Shown here in pieces: positions 1 to 13,843 of a DNA stretch of 64,000 bases. The notes below the pieces were generated by a model. It was not told where the DNA came from. It searched no databases and saw nothing but the letters and a program-made list of their open reading frames with translations. The first letter of the stretch is position 1, and every line of letters starts with the position of its first letter. The position numbers and the translations under genes were made by a program. Source of the DNA: Octopus sinensis (Eukaryota); assembly GCF_006345805.1 (NCBI RefSeq), contig NC_042999.1, positions 100,192,001-100,256,000 of the forward strand, read 5' to 3'.

Positions 1-89
1 TTAGATTAGTGAAGATCTCCAAGTAATCTTTTGGTAGGGTCCAAAATTATGGTTCATCTCAATTCTATATTTTAAATCCATGGATAGAC

Positions 90-428
90 TTAAAAAATAA
101 TGTTCATTACGTATAATTCCTTTTTTAGAGCAAATTTGGCTTACATGTGTTTCCAGTGCTCATTATAGATAGGTTTGATCAATTGGTCTGTTGATCAAAT
201 AAGGTAAATTGAACGATCTAAGAAAATTAATGCTATTTCATCGGAGCCATTGCAGGAAATAATAAGCTGAACACTTGAAGAATGGCTCAATAGACATTCT
301 TCTACTCGTTCAATTTACCTCAAGTGATCAATAGACCAATTGAGTAAACCTATCTATAATGACTACTGGAACTATAAGCCAAATTTGCTCTAATAAAGGA
401 ATTATATGTAATGACCATTATTTTTTAA
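90..428. repeat. Imperfect inverted repeat (fold-back / MITE-like), ~125-bp arms, ~90-bp spacer
   Basis: 90-216 (TTAAAAAATAATGTTCATTAC...AGGTAAATTGAACGA) is the approximate reverse complement of 306-428 (TCGTTCAATTTACCT...CATTATTTTTTAA). Confidence 0.85.
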
Positions 429-1122
429 CTTGTCTCTTATATATGTGTGTGTGAGTGTGAGTGTGTGTGCGTATGTGTGTTTATATATGTCTGTGCTGTT
501 TTTATTAACTAGGTGCAAGAATCGGTGATGTCTCAAAAAGAGTAACTTAGCCTTTCAATAATGATTGCTAAAATAAAACATCTGTCTGGAATAACACTAG
601 CCTTGACATAGTTCACTATAACCCCTTAAAATCAATACCCTAATATGTAAGAATAAACTGGAGAAAAATAAGAAAACGAATATGCACTTTGCTTTTGAAG
701 CCATCAATCCAATAAAATATTTCTGTCGAATGTAATCATTTGTAAAATATCGTCATCTTGAATGACATAAAATATAAGTGAACCAAGTTGCTACATATCA
801 GATACTACAAGAGAAATCGTGATGTTTCCCTCAACTAATGTACAACCCTTGCCACCCACGTTTGAATTCGTCATTTATGAATCTTCAACTCTTCTTCGAC
901 AATGAACGTTGTTATAAATCTTAACCAAAGAATACGCAAAAACGTGTTCGCTTGTCTGTTTTTAATATTCTATATAACTCCATTCAGTCGTTTATGACAA
1001 AGAATATTCATGAGCAAAGAAATAAATCGATTATGTCGTGAGACTTTATAGAAGATTTCACATAAAGTTTCCAGTAATAATATTCATAATAATGAGAATA
1101 GCGACGTAATAAAAACGAGTAT

Positions 1123-1124
<2 letters not shown>

Positions 1125-1159
<35 letters not shown>

Positions 1160-1224
1160 TAATAATAATAATAATAATAATAATGATGATGATGATGATG
1201 ACACTGCTACTAATAATAATAATA

Positions 1225-1290
<66 letters not shown>

Positions 1291-1369
1291 GTAATGATAA
1301 TAATATTAATAATAATAATAACGATAATGATAGTAATAATAATAATATTAATATTAATAATGATAATGG

Positions 1370-1438
<69 letters not shown>
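1125..1438. repeat. Long (AAT)n microsatellite with (GAT)n interruptions
   Basis: Direct reading; it explains the poly-Ile ORFs at 1008-1634 and 1183-1662. Confidence 0.97.
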
Positions 1439-1439
<1 letters not shown>

Positions 1440-1717
1440 TTTGTTCCTTATAAACGACAAGGGTCCAAAGACACACACTAACAACCGTGTCATTGAAAAA
1501 GTGACATGTGGAAAAAAGTGTCTGCGTGAGATATGTGTGCGTGTATATGTATGTATATGTATGTATATGTATGCATGTACGTATATGTATATGTGTGCGT
1601 GTATATGTATGTATATGTATGTATATGTATGCATGTACGTATCTACCTATTTATATATATAGGTAGATACATACATACATATAAATATATACATATTTAG
1701 ATGCATGTATGCTAACA

Positions 1718-1762
<45 letters not shown>

Positions 1763-4533
1763 ATATATATGTAGAACATATTTCTATGTATGTGTGCACG
1801 TATTATGCTTGCCTGCATATGTATGTATGTGTAATAACTATACAATTGCGCAAAAAGACATAATACAATATAGACTGGTTAAAATATTTTTCTGAAATGC
1901 AAATACAAATAATTGCCAATGAGACTTAACCAATGTAGTGCATAACCGCCAACCAGTTAAGATTAGGAAACCCATACTACTTTGAAGACTATTCGTTCCA
2001 AATATCTTTTATAGAGAGAGTTCTCTAAAAAAAAAAATGTTCCGAAATAATTACCTCCTTTTTTGAATCGTAAAAAGACCTTATAATTGTGGTGTGTTGC
2101 TGCCACTGTTGATAGCTTCTGTGATAATAATTATCAAACATTTATTATCTAGGATTGCCTCGTATCCTCCCTCGTGCTCTCCGCAATTAGTTGAGTATTT
2201 TAGTCGTCGTTATTTTGATGATCAGAATAAGTTGGCTAGGCCTCTTCTTTCATATAATCGAAAGTGAAGATTAATGACTGTGCAGATGGTGCCTATTCCC
2301 GAAAGACATCCATTTTCCTTCTTGCCTTTAGTTTGGAGTATTTTCTCTTTTTTTTTTTTGCATTTAATAGCTGTTCCTTCTCCTGTCTTCATTCTCCATC
2401 TCGCCTCTTTACTGTAAGATACTAGGTAATTACTGCTACTCAAAAGTTCTTATCGGTCATATGCTGGAGAAGAAACACTCAACTCAGCTTCATGATACTT
2501 CTCGGAAACTGGTGCTAGTCTTTCTTGTATCCACTGCAGTCAATCGACAGTACACGGGAAACATCGTTAGTAGCCATGATATTCATCTTTGTTACCTGCA
2601 GTTGTTGTCGCTGATGCCTATGATCTGCCCTACTGGTCCCTCTTCTTTTTTTAGATTACTTTACCACTTCTGTGCAGAAGTGTCCTTTATCACAAAACGT
2701 GTAGCAGCTGAAACTTCTGGTATGCACCACCAATTTAATTGACCTTTGCACCCCCAATTGGCAGAACCTCAATGAAGAGATCATTAGAATCTTACTGTCA
2801 GACAGGCCTCACGTGACCACATGTTAATGCATGTTCTGTGTGTGTGTGTGTGCATGCGCGCGCGCGTGTGTGTGATAGAGAGAGAGATAGTCAACTTAAC
2901 ACCTATCACGTCTGTCCGTGATCTCTGTGTGCAATAAACACCTGTCAACAGACAGTATCACATTGCATTAACACTAACGGGTGGGCAGAACACACCAATT
3001 TTACATGTCTCACCACTTCATCCCCACCTTACAATGAAACATATGCTTTCATATACCATAACCTAGTCCATGTAAAACACGTCCTGGTGTACATCAGGCG
3101 AAGCCTTTCCTAACTCCTCTTTCAAGTACATATGGAAACGCCTTCTGCCTGTTTTTAAACAGCTCTGTCACCTTTTTTCTTATCCTTTATTAGGTCAAGA
3201 ATCCACTCTTTTGGGACACATCTTGTTCTTTCCTTTCTTCCCGGGGTATATGAAGTCAAGTGGCTGCTTTTGTCGTACAACTTTAGGATATAATAATAGG
3301 ATTTTTCCATTGCTGGTGGCGTTTTCGCTGCTTTTCGTACTCGTGTATTTTTGTTTTCATTCAAATTAATGTTTCTGCCACCAACTCTTGTTTGTATGTC
3401 TGATAGCGTGTAACTGTCTAAGCTTGACTTTCTACGTACAAGTTTAATTTTTAAAATTTGGTGGAGGAGTATTTATATCATTAATACCATCACATTGGTG
3501 AGCCTCTCTTACTGTTCTTCTCAAGGAGCCATCTTACAACCCTTGCAACTATTGCAAATTAATATTTATGAAAAAGATGTGTAACAGTTTAGTAAGTCTA
3601 AAGTCAAATCTTTCTTCCATCCAAGTAATGAGAAAGGCTTTCAAATATTCCGAAAGCGCGTCGTTTCTTTTTTTTGTTTGTTTGTTTGTTTTCTTTATGA
3701 GATAACCTTGGGAGAGAATATTTTATGGTATGGCTTTGTAAAACTTAATCGCTCACGGCAAAAGCGGAAAAATAATTATAGATATTTTGAAATTTAAAAA
3801 AAAAAGAGAAGCAAATTAATTTATGTATGACTTAATACATCGTTTAGGTTTCGTATTTCTTGAGATTGTTCCGCGCCAGATTTTTTTGCAATATCTTTTT
3901 TATCTCAGTTCCAAACAATAAGAAGAAACACCATAGCAGCAGATGTTAACATATCGAATGGAATGTTCCTACAGGAAGAAAGTAAAACAAAGCAAAAAGA
4001 TATCGACTAACGTGTTTGTTTATGGGAAATAAAATTGGAAACATCTAGCATATTTCGTAATATGTTTAAATATTGTTCGGGAGGGTATACTTTACAGATA
4101 GCTCTACACTGAATGAAGAGGTATCTAACATAAAAGGAAATTAAATTTGCTCTGAGACATTCCTGTTGCATATTTTTTCTTTCTTTCTTGTTACACCAAT
4201 ACATCATCTTTCGTAGGTTCACTCGTTTCTTAGATGTCTCACAATGTAGTTTGACAGTCTGTGTATGACAACTTGACAAATACTTTAAAAAAAAGTATAT
4301 CTACATTTAATTAAAGTTTTCAGCTTCTATAAAGTAAATCTTTTAAATATATATGTGTGTGTGTGTGTATTTTTCTCTCTCATTCTCTCTCTCTTCTTCT
4401 TTGTCCCCCTGTTTCTCTTTCTCTCTTTCCCTCTATGTCTCTCTGTCTCACTATATATATATATATAGAGAGAGAGAGGGAGACAGGCAGACAGACAGAC
4501 AGACAGAGAGATACACACACACGGATATATATA

Positions 4534-4582
<49 letters not shown>

Positions 4583-5156
4583 GCATAATATATAATATAT
4601 ATGTATATATATATATATACATGTATATATATATATCTATAGACGTATATGTATATATATAGAAATATACATATATGTATACATATATATATATATACAT
4701 ATATGCACACATACGCGCATATGTATTTATATATATATATATACACACATATATATATACACAAATATATATATATATATACATACATGTATATATGTTT
4801 ACAGACGTATATGTATATATATATATAGAAATATACATATATATATATATACATATATATATATGCATATATACACGTATATGTACGTATATGCATGAGT
4901 GTGCGCGTGCGCGTGTATGCGTAACAAAAACATTATCAGCATGGCAAGAAATGTTTATAAAGTAGTACTTTTAATACATGATTTCATTATATAGCTTTTA
5001 TTGTATTTGTTATGCATTTATACTATTTCTACATATTATATCGGTGTATATTTATTTATATTGGAATAATTTGTGGTACATACAAACCCAGAAACCGTTC
5101 AGTACACATATGCAAAACAAGAAACCTCTCAATATATATGTGTGTGTGTGTGTGTA

Positions 5157-5233
<77 letters not shown>

Positions 5234-5263
5234 TGTGTGTGTATACACTCCAAAATGTAACTA

Positions 5264-5462
5264 CATGTGGGTTGTTGGCGATTTTTTCCTCCCTCTTCCT
5301 TTACTCTTGAACTTACCTCTGTCTCCTGTTTCTGAAGAAGAGCCTTGCTCGAAACGTAAAACACCCTTTCTTTCCTTCCCTGAGCGTCTCATTAATACTT
5401 TGCATGTACTACATCCTCGCGTTGTTGCTTTTTCTTGTTGTTGTTTTCTCCGTTATATTTGA
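5264..5462 (+). mobile_element. Short solo PLE terminal-repeat (pLTR)-like element, hammerhead subfamily 1
   Basis: GTTGGCGATTTTTTCCT...hammerhead...CCTGAGCGTC...ATAATACTTT...CCTCGCGTTGTTG. Homologous copies at 50888-51087 and 55420-55586; flanked by microsatellites. Confidence 0.7.
5328..5362 (+). ncRNA. Minimal type I hammerhead ribozyme motif, intact core
   Basis: GTTT-CTGAAGA-A-GAGC(CTT)GCTC-GAAA-CGT-A-AAAC: stem I GTTT/AAAC, CUGANGA, stem II, GAAA, palindromic ACGT stem III, GUA triplet. Confidence 0.75.
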
Positions 5463-5479
5463 CTAACTATATATATAAG

Positions 5480-5694
5480 TCGACGAGCTGGCAGAATCGT
5501 TAGCACGCCGGACTAAACGCTTAGCAGTATTTCGTCCGAATTTAGTTTCTGCGCTCAAATTCCGCCGAAGTCGACCTTGTCTTTCATCCTTTTGGGGTCG
5601 TTAAAATAAGTACTAGCCGAGCACTCTGGTCGATGTAATTCACCTAACTTCAACCCCAAAATTGCTGGCCTTGAGCCAAAAATTTGAAACCAAT
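5480..5694 (+). mobile_element. tRNA-derived SINE, family B
   Basis: Head GAGCTGGCAGAATCGTTAGCACG (A-box-like) and CTCAAATTCC (B-box-like); central CTTTCATCCTTTTGGGGTCGTTAAAATAAGTAC. At least five more copies in the window. Confidence 0.85.
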
Positions 5695-6984
5695 ATGTGT
5701 GTGTATGTGTGTGCGTGTGTGTGTGTGTGTGTATGTGTGTGTGTGTGAGTGTGTGTTTGTGGTGGTGGTGGGGTTACAAGTTTCGATTAATGTTAACAAA
5801 CGTTTATGGACTCAGTGATATGGGATTCGTTTACTCTCAGTGCGATTTTTATTCAAGCGCTAGTTGAAGACTCTGATCATAAAAACACCTGTAAGATAGA
5901 TTCCCTTACACATTGATATAAGTTCAATAAAGTTTGAAATCGATTTGCCCTTGTCCACTTTCAATGCTATTTTCAATGAAAAATATTCTTAAATGAAGTA
6001 TTTAACCTTGCTAGAATAAATCTCGTTGCAAGTAATACACGTGTGTCCAACAAGAATGTAATGCAAAATATATCAATGTCTAAATGCGTTCGTGTGTCAT
6101 GTTACTATTACAGTGGGTGACCTTGCTGAAAGTGAACAAAGCTCTACCAACGCACAAAATAAACAAATAAATAGAAATCAAAAAGATAACACCGGAAAAA
6201 ATCAAATTTTAAGTAATGAATTCCATTGGCCAACAGCTGTTTCTGCTATAAGCAGTAAGCTAACGAAGTTCATTACATGACATTTGGTTTTTTCCGGTGT
6301 CATCTCTGATTTCTGTTACCACTCTATATAACATTGTGTTCTGGACCACACGTACATCAACTTCTACACCAGGTTATTAGTCTCGCTATGCCGAAGCAAG
6401 ATATTAAATAAATGCTAAAATGACAAAGTTTTCTCCATCAAAGTGGAAGAAAAATTAGCAAACAAAGTCTAAGTCTAAAAGTAAGCAAAAAAAGCTTCAT
6501 ATTTCACTTTTTGTTGGGTCTATCATAGTAATGTTAATGGTCATAGAAAAATCATTTTTTAAAAACTAATCTTATCATTACCAATTCCTTATTGGTACAG
6601 TGCATATATTACATTAACAGCCACTTTAATATTGATGTTAATTAAGTTTTCTCAATAGCTATTTAATAATAATATATTGTATTTGAAGGGAGGTACAGAA
6701 AATTATTCTCCGTGCATTATTCAAAATCCTTGTAGTTGTTTTAGTTAAAGTTGGAAACTATAGGAATAATGCAAATTTAGGATATAAAAATCATATTCAT
6801 GCACGCTACTTTTGTCAATGTCAAACGTGTGTTTATTTACATACTCTCTGAACAGCATATTGCTAGATACATAAATTTATGGTGTGTTAAAATCAACAAA
6901 TATTTCCTATAATACAGAATATATCTGCAGAATTATAGTCAATGCTGCATGAATTGACATTCTTTTTTTTTTTATTCTTTTATT

Positions 6985-7246
6985 CCTTTACTTGTTTCAG
7001 TCATTTGACTGCGGCCATGCTACAGCACCGCACTTAGTCGAGCAAATTGACTCCAAGACTTATTCTTTGTAAGCGTAGTACTTATTCTATCGGTCTCTTT
7101 TGCCGAACCGCAAAGTTACGGGATGTAAACATACCAACATTGGTTATCAAACGACGTTGGGGCAACAAACACACACACACATACATATATATATGTGTGT
7201 GTGTGTATGTGTGTGTGTATGTGAGTGTGTGTGTATGTGAGTGTGT

Positions 7247-7312
<66 letters not shown>

Positions 7313-7480
7313 TGTGTGTGTACATACGATGAGCTTCTTTCAGTTTCCGACTACCAAATCCACTCACAAGGCTTTGGTCGGCCCGAGGTTATAGCAGAAG
7401 ACACTTGCCCAAGGCGCCACACAGTGGGACTGAACCCGAAACCATGTGCATGTTAAGTAACAACCCAGCCACTCCTGCAC
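6985..7480 (-). mobile_element. tRNA-derived CORE-like SINE, family A, near full length with internal (GT)n
   Basis: On the minus strand: tRNA-like head GGTTCAGTCCCACTG, CORE-like CCTTGGGCAAGTGTCTTCT, tail ...GCATGGCCGCAGTCAAATGACTGAAACAAG. Many copies in the window. Confidence 0.9.
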
Positions 7481-8168
7481 ATATAATATAAGCAGTTTGT
7501 TTTTATGCATAACTTCGTAGTTATAAAAATGGATCACCGGACTATGTTTTTATCTTTTACCCTTTTCAGTCAGTTGACTGCGGCCATGCTGGTGTACAAC
7601 ATTGAAGAATTTTTCAACTTAAAAGACGCTGACATCTTCAATGTAAATGAGAAAAATTACAAAATACCTCGAGAACTACTATTAACGACACTGAGGAGTT
7701 TAGCAATTATCAGAGGATTCTTATTCAAATTAGGCGATTCTCTACTATTTTAAAGGTGCTGAGTGACTCACTGCGTTTCATATTAATTTCATAGCTCTAT
7801 ATGACACATACTGAACAATGAAATAAGCTAAACTGACTAAAACAAAGGGACATATTAAACGTCATGATTTCTGTGGATGTAACCAAAATCTTACGACTGC
7901 AACGCAAGATGTGGCTAACGATGACGATGAAGAATCAGAAAAGGCATTTAAATGCCATTCGTTGATTGTATTGTTAAAAATATACTGAAGTTGTTTCATA
8001 ACGGTATTACGAAAAATTCGTATAATGTAATATTTTCTTTTTTATTAATTATGATTAGTAAATGTTTTTGGAGCGATAAAACACTGTTAGCACTAAGCAA
8101 TTAACTACATGAGCAATTATCTCTTGTGGATGTATTGAAGAGTATATCGGAGTATTTATTTTTTTATC

Positions 8169-8375
8169 ATTTACTTGCTTCAGTCGTTGAACTGCGGCCG
8201 CGTTGGAGCATTACCTTTTAGTTGAGCAAATAGACACTAGTACTTATTTTCTAGTCTGGTACTTAATTGATCCGTTTCTTTGTGCAAAACCACTTTCTTA
8301 CGGGGACGTAAACAAACCAAATCCGGTTGTCAAGCAGTGGCAATGAAGAAAACACAGGCACAAAGGCACACACAT
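8169..8375 (-). mobile_element. SINE family A, 3' half
   Basis: CTTGCTTCAGTCGTTGAACTGCGGCCGCG...TTACGGGGACGTAAAC...GGTTGTCAAGC matches the 6985-7480 copy. Confidence 0.8.
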
Positions 8376-9199
8376 GCATATGTGAACTTTTTCCGAATCA
8401 CAAGGATTCGAAAAGTTGATGCTAACCTTTTATTTAAGATGCATTAAGCAGATAAGAGATAAATTTCTGCTTGGATAGAACCTTGTATTGCATGAAAATT
8501 TTACTGGGATAAAGGTTTCGACTAACCACTGTAAGCCAGTCAACGAATCATTTGCCAATCCTATAGTGTTATGACAATGGGGAGATACCAACTTACAGTT
8601 ATACAGACTCGACCAGCAAGAAGTATGAGGCTCCACCGCGAACACACAGTTTTAGCACCTGGGAAATATTATCAACTCAGCCATTTATGTTCTCAAAACT
8701 GTGCGTTTGTGCCTTTAGTGACAGAAGGTTTAGAGGACTCGAAGAAATGATTCCCAATTTTTATCGATATCGCTATTTTTTAATGGATAACAATCTTTCC
8801 GTGAGAATAACAGTATTTTATTTCTCTTATCAACTATGATCTAATTGGTTTAGTTGGAAGAACCGTACCCATGTCTTTATGGTTGAAAACACCAAATCCT
8901 GAAATCTAGGTTATATTCTTATTCACAGCCTAAGTATTATTATAACAGATAGCATGATTGTCCTATTCCAGTAAAAATATTAGCTCATAGCAGAAATTAA
9001 GGGTGCAAACATTTTAAGCATGCAGATATACTAACCGTTACTCTGCAACATTTGTTATATAACTTTATTTACGGTTATGCACGATGCAGGGAATGTAGTT
9101 GGTACAAACATGATATTTGGAAGAAGACATAAGTAAAAATATTCTTGGTGTGGAAATTTGAATGAAGTTAAAGGAATTTACTTTTTAAGATGAAGAAAT

Positions 9200-10270
9200 A
9201 GAGTTTGTTGAATGCGTAATAGAACCTGTTTTATAGACAAAATATCACTTGTGTTGACTGTCAATAGAAAGGCATTGCTACAAGAATTGAAATATGATAG
9301 CACAAATGAATTCAGACACATATATTTTCTAGGCTTTTTTATGAGTTATTCAGAAGAGATTAATGCTCATGACAATTGCAGTCTCTCCCACACTGATGAG
9401 ATTGAAGCGGATGATGCTATTCTAAAGGAAATGAAATGGTGGAAAGACACGGCAAAATAAACATAAATCAGAGAAATGAAAATTTGCCGAAAACAAAAGA
9501 AATTATGGTAATTTTGTTTCGTCAAGTAAATGGAACAAGTTCTTTGAAGGGGACGTTCGAAATATAGAGTTTGAGGGGAGGCGTATCTTACCAATGATAT
9601 AAAATTAAGTTGGCATTTTACTATATAGATAATTTGGAAACAATGTTGTATTATGAATACAAATAGGAACCACAGAATATAGCAAAATAGATATTTGTAA
9701 AGAATGTTTACCCACAAAGCTGATCCCAATTCTTAGATATATTACACAAGCTTAGATTGATTATGGATATAATATAAAAGTCAGTTTCCTTACAAAACGA
9801 TTTACCAATTGAGAAAATGTTACTATAGATATATCACAAAAGAGATAAGGAATGCAGCTCATTGATCTCGAAGTAAAACTTTTTCAACAGTCTAATTTGA
9901 GATGAAAGAAACTTCCTATACAGCAAGAATAAAAGGCAAATACGAGCTAACCTGGCAGTGAACGCAAATTGTAGCCACTAGAAAAATGTAACTCTAATAC
10001 ATTAGATATAAAGAGAGTCATAGAGATTATATTTTCTGGCATTTCTAACAATTGAAAGAACCAGGTGTTTCGATAACTATACATGAATTGTAAAAGTACC
10101 TGACAGCAATCTTGAAAGAAATCAGTTGGTAAATAGCATTTGAAAAATATACTATATTAAAGTATACCATGAACATAAATATCAGTATGTTTCTGTTTCT
10201 CAAGAAAGTAAACAGCACATTCCAGCCAGTAAGACATGGCTGTCAGCTGTAATATTCTTCTAGATGATTT
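9200..10270 (+). pseudogene. Possible highly decayed non-LTR reverse transcriptase fragment
   Basis: Faint motifs only: DEIE..AILKEMK resembles EV..AI..MK.GKA, and ~10225-10255 resembles the GVRQGC.LS region; many stops. Confidence 0.25.
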
Positions 10271-12059
10271 AACACACAGTTGTATGATACAGTCGTTCGA
10301 ACGCATTCGAAATAGTTTTCTATACAACAGAAGGAAATATCTATCTCATTCTATCTACACCGACATTCGAACAAGTTATTATTGTTTTAATTTTATAAAA
10401 TAAATATATAGTAAAACTAAGCTAAACTCACCGAACACCTCACACAAAAGTAGTGACATAGTTTACCATAGAGTACAGAGATTTTCTTAACTCACGTTCT
10501 CTGTGAGGTTCGATGCATTTGTTATCTTTGCCAGCTTCATTTGTCTTATATCAACTATCTTCTCCTTCTTGAAAATAAAACGTTGATATTAACCGCGTAT
10601 CACAATTCAACAACTTGATAACTTTCTCAGCCTACTATTGTAGCATTCTAATGGTTTCTGATTACTCAGCTTGACGGAATTGTATTCATGCATTTCTGTC
10701 TTTCAGAAATGAATCATGTACTAAACGTCTTTAATTAAGTTGCTACCCTCAGTCGGCCTAGACATACATCAATCAATATCGTTAGGTTTTCACAGTTTCT
10801 TTATAAACACATTTCCATTGAGAGCGGTTTTGACTTTCTAACTATCACAACTGAGGACAAAGGCTGTGTGAATAAGGTGTCGTTCTCACCACTGGATAGT
10901 CCGCCCGTCTCTTCCTTCCAATCCCACTTACTGGGCAGTAAATCAAGTAAAACAGACAGATAACGACTTGCTGCTGAGGTGCTAAATTAAATAGAAATTG
11001 ATTTGTAATTTAACTATGTATACAGTTTGAAAGTGAATAAATCCATTTCGCGATAATGAAAGCAGTGTTGCTGTTGAACAGATTTTATTTTTAATGACTT
11101 TTACATATTTGCACTAAACACTCCAAAATCATTAAAATTTATGATGATATTTTTATTAGTAGCTGTATTAATGACCAGGTCAAGACATTAAATTTTATCG
11201 AGCAGTAAAGCCCGAGCTCGTTGAGTGAGGAGTTACCTTTTAGTCATTACTACTCTTAGGTCCACTCTGATTCGAGGTGATAGTACGTGTCAATGGCCCC
11301 AGTTATGAGTCAACTAGCAGGTGATTGCCTTGTGGCTAAGGCACAGAGAACTTGTTGGAGGCATGGCCTTTAGACATGTGTCCTCCAGGCCAACCAGTGT
11401 GTGTGCATGCTCTGGCGTCATGTAAAAATGTCCTCTTACCTAAGGGTTAAATAGATTCTGTACTTCAATAGTCAGCTCAGAAGAGCAGGAGACTATCAGA
11501 GTAAATTTTAAATATATCAGAAGACAACAGGAAACCACTGCTGTAGCTTCCTCAAAACTGTGTATTATGATAATCTTTTCGTTTAGCTATTTACATTAGG
11601 AAACTGAAGGCCGGCGCTCGTTCATGTTGATGTTTTCCGAACAACACCTGGATTAATTTTTTCTCATACCTCTGCCGAAGTGTGTTTAATCACAATATAG
11701 CAGAGTCAGGTCTGGTTATCTAGTCATATATTAATTTCAATTGAATTGGTTCAGAACCAGTAATACCATGAAACCCTCCACATAAATAGAAATTCAGCAA
11801 GTCTTCATTACAGAACTTGTGGCTAACATTCTGCAACCTGAATGGATGGCTCGAATAAATGAATTAAACACATAAATCAATTAATCAAAGAGAAACTGAC
11901 CGTATATATGAACTTATTACCAGAAATAATAATGTTTTCTTGGCTTTGTGCAAGACCATAACATCTCCAGACGAGGTTACATCAGATGGATCCCATCCCC
12001 CATTAATGTTTATAATTATGATGAGGAACGAAACTGTTGCTAGTGAATATTCGTTTCAT

Positions 12060-12260
12060 ACTTTGGAACAAGGCCAGCAATTTTGAAGAAGGAGTAAGTT
12101 GATTACATCGACTCCAGAGTTCAAATGGTAATTTTATCAACCGGCAACGATGAAAGGCAAAGTCGATCTTGGCAGAATTTGAATTCGGAGAGTAAAAGCG
12201 GACGAAATGCTGCTAAGCATTTTGCCCAGCTTTCTAACTATTGAATCAGCTCACCGCCTT
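12060..12260 (-). mobile_element. SINE family B
   Basis: CAAGGCCAGCAATTTTG...GATGAAAGGCAAAGTCGATCTTGGCAGAATTTGAATTC is the reverse complement of family B. Confidence 0.8.
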
Positions 12261-12849
12261 ACTTTTTGCAGTAAATATTAATGTCAGAAATGTTAAATTT
12301 TTACATACAGATATAATACAAGTAAATTCAGAAACCAATTTTCAGAAATGTAATATATGGCCAATAATACAAAAGAAAACGCTCGGCACTCTACAGAAAC
12401 GTGTAACTACCCACCAGCTTATTTAGTTTCCAAATCTAAGTCATTTCACTTGCCTAACTATCAATAATATATTTCAGAAGTCTATATACTACAATTTCCT
12501 CTGTATTCAATATACTAAAAATCGTCAAGTTTCGTACACATATAAGAAATCAGTTGTAATTTCAGTTCTTTGTAATTGTTGAGACGTTCTCTCTCTGGTT
12601 AAAAAATGCATAAAGGTACTTTATTATTAAATTTAGGAAATATGAACAAATTTTTTTATCGATTTTGCATATTCAAAACGCATACGCACACATAAATATG
12701 TGTGTGTGTGTATGTATATTTATATATATATTTCAAACACACACATACACGCACACATATATTCAATTATGAATTAAAAGCAGCGCTAGTGTTGTAAACA
12801 TTATCGACCGCACATATCCAAGTATGTACGGTCGATAATCCATACACAA

Positions 12850-12890
<41 letters not shown>

Positions 12891-12937
12891 CATATATATA
12901 CACACAAATATACATATATATGTACATATGTATGTGT

Positions 12938-12947
12938 GTATAGATAA

Positions 12948-13028
<81 letters not shown>
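12938..13028. repeat. (GATA)n microsatellite
   Basis: Direct reading. Confidence 0.97.
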
Positions 13029-13029
<1 letters not shown>

Positions 13030-13194
13030 TTCATTACATTACAAATTATTAATGATATTTAAATAATGTAAAAGAAAACACAGAATGACACAAACCTTTT
13101 GGCTGGAGGTTTTCGTAATGTGTTAAGCGCTTTTCGATGCATTGAGCTTCTCAGATGCTTTACATATAGAAGCTATATATATGCATACATACAA

Positions 13195-13843
13195 CACCTT
13201 TCGTCTAGCACTGATTTAAGCCACTCAAGCTGCTCGCAGTAGATCTCTTTTGGTATCGTTTAGCATGGGTTTGAAAGTTCAAAGTGGACTAAACCTTTCA
13301 TATCCCACCAAACGTGGGTTAAGACACCCTTTCCTTATCTACTGACTTCGGTGCCTGACATTTTTATAGAGAACCTATTTCTCGTCTCCATTTACTATTC
13401 GGTCCAAAAAAAGGTTCATTCGTGAGATGTGACGGCAAAGAAGAGCACACATTCACTCTCTGCGCGCGATTAGACTCGGAAAGTTTGTGAGGAACCCATC
13501 GACCGAATTTGCTGATTTTTCCGATGGCATACAAGTGTCCATGAATGGTTGAATGACCAAATCCAACCTTCTCTGCTAGTCCCTCAACAGTTACGGAGGG
13601 ATTTTGTTCCACCAAGGTTTTCAGGACGTCCTCGTCGAGCTCTACAGATCTTTCAGGACGAGGCTCGTCTTCTAGGCTGTAGTTTCCGGTTCGGAATTTT
13701 TGGATTCACCCTTGACACTGGCTTACGTTCATTGCTCAATCCCCATACACTCCATTAATATTCATCGCATTTTCTCTTGAGTCGTTGTCTTTATTGAATT
13801 CATAAAGCAAAATATGCCAAATATTCTCCTATGTTACTTCCAT
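13195..13843 (-). mobile_element. Mariner transposase remnant (N-terminal HTH region), with stops and frameshifts
   Basis: Minus-strand translation: MEVT*ENIWHILLYEFNK...KFRTGNYSLEDEPRPERSVELDEDVLKTLVEQNPSVTVEGLAEKVGFGHSTIHGHLYAIGKISKFGRWVPHKLSESNRAQRVNVC; WVPHxL is the mariner linker motif. Confidence 0.9.

Noticed and set aside
2460-3420. Possible LINE ORF1/gag remnants on the minus strand (CYTFCDKGHFC, VGGRNINL)
   Set aside because: The zinc-knuckle spacing is wrong, frames are broken and there is no second supporting motif.
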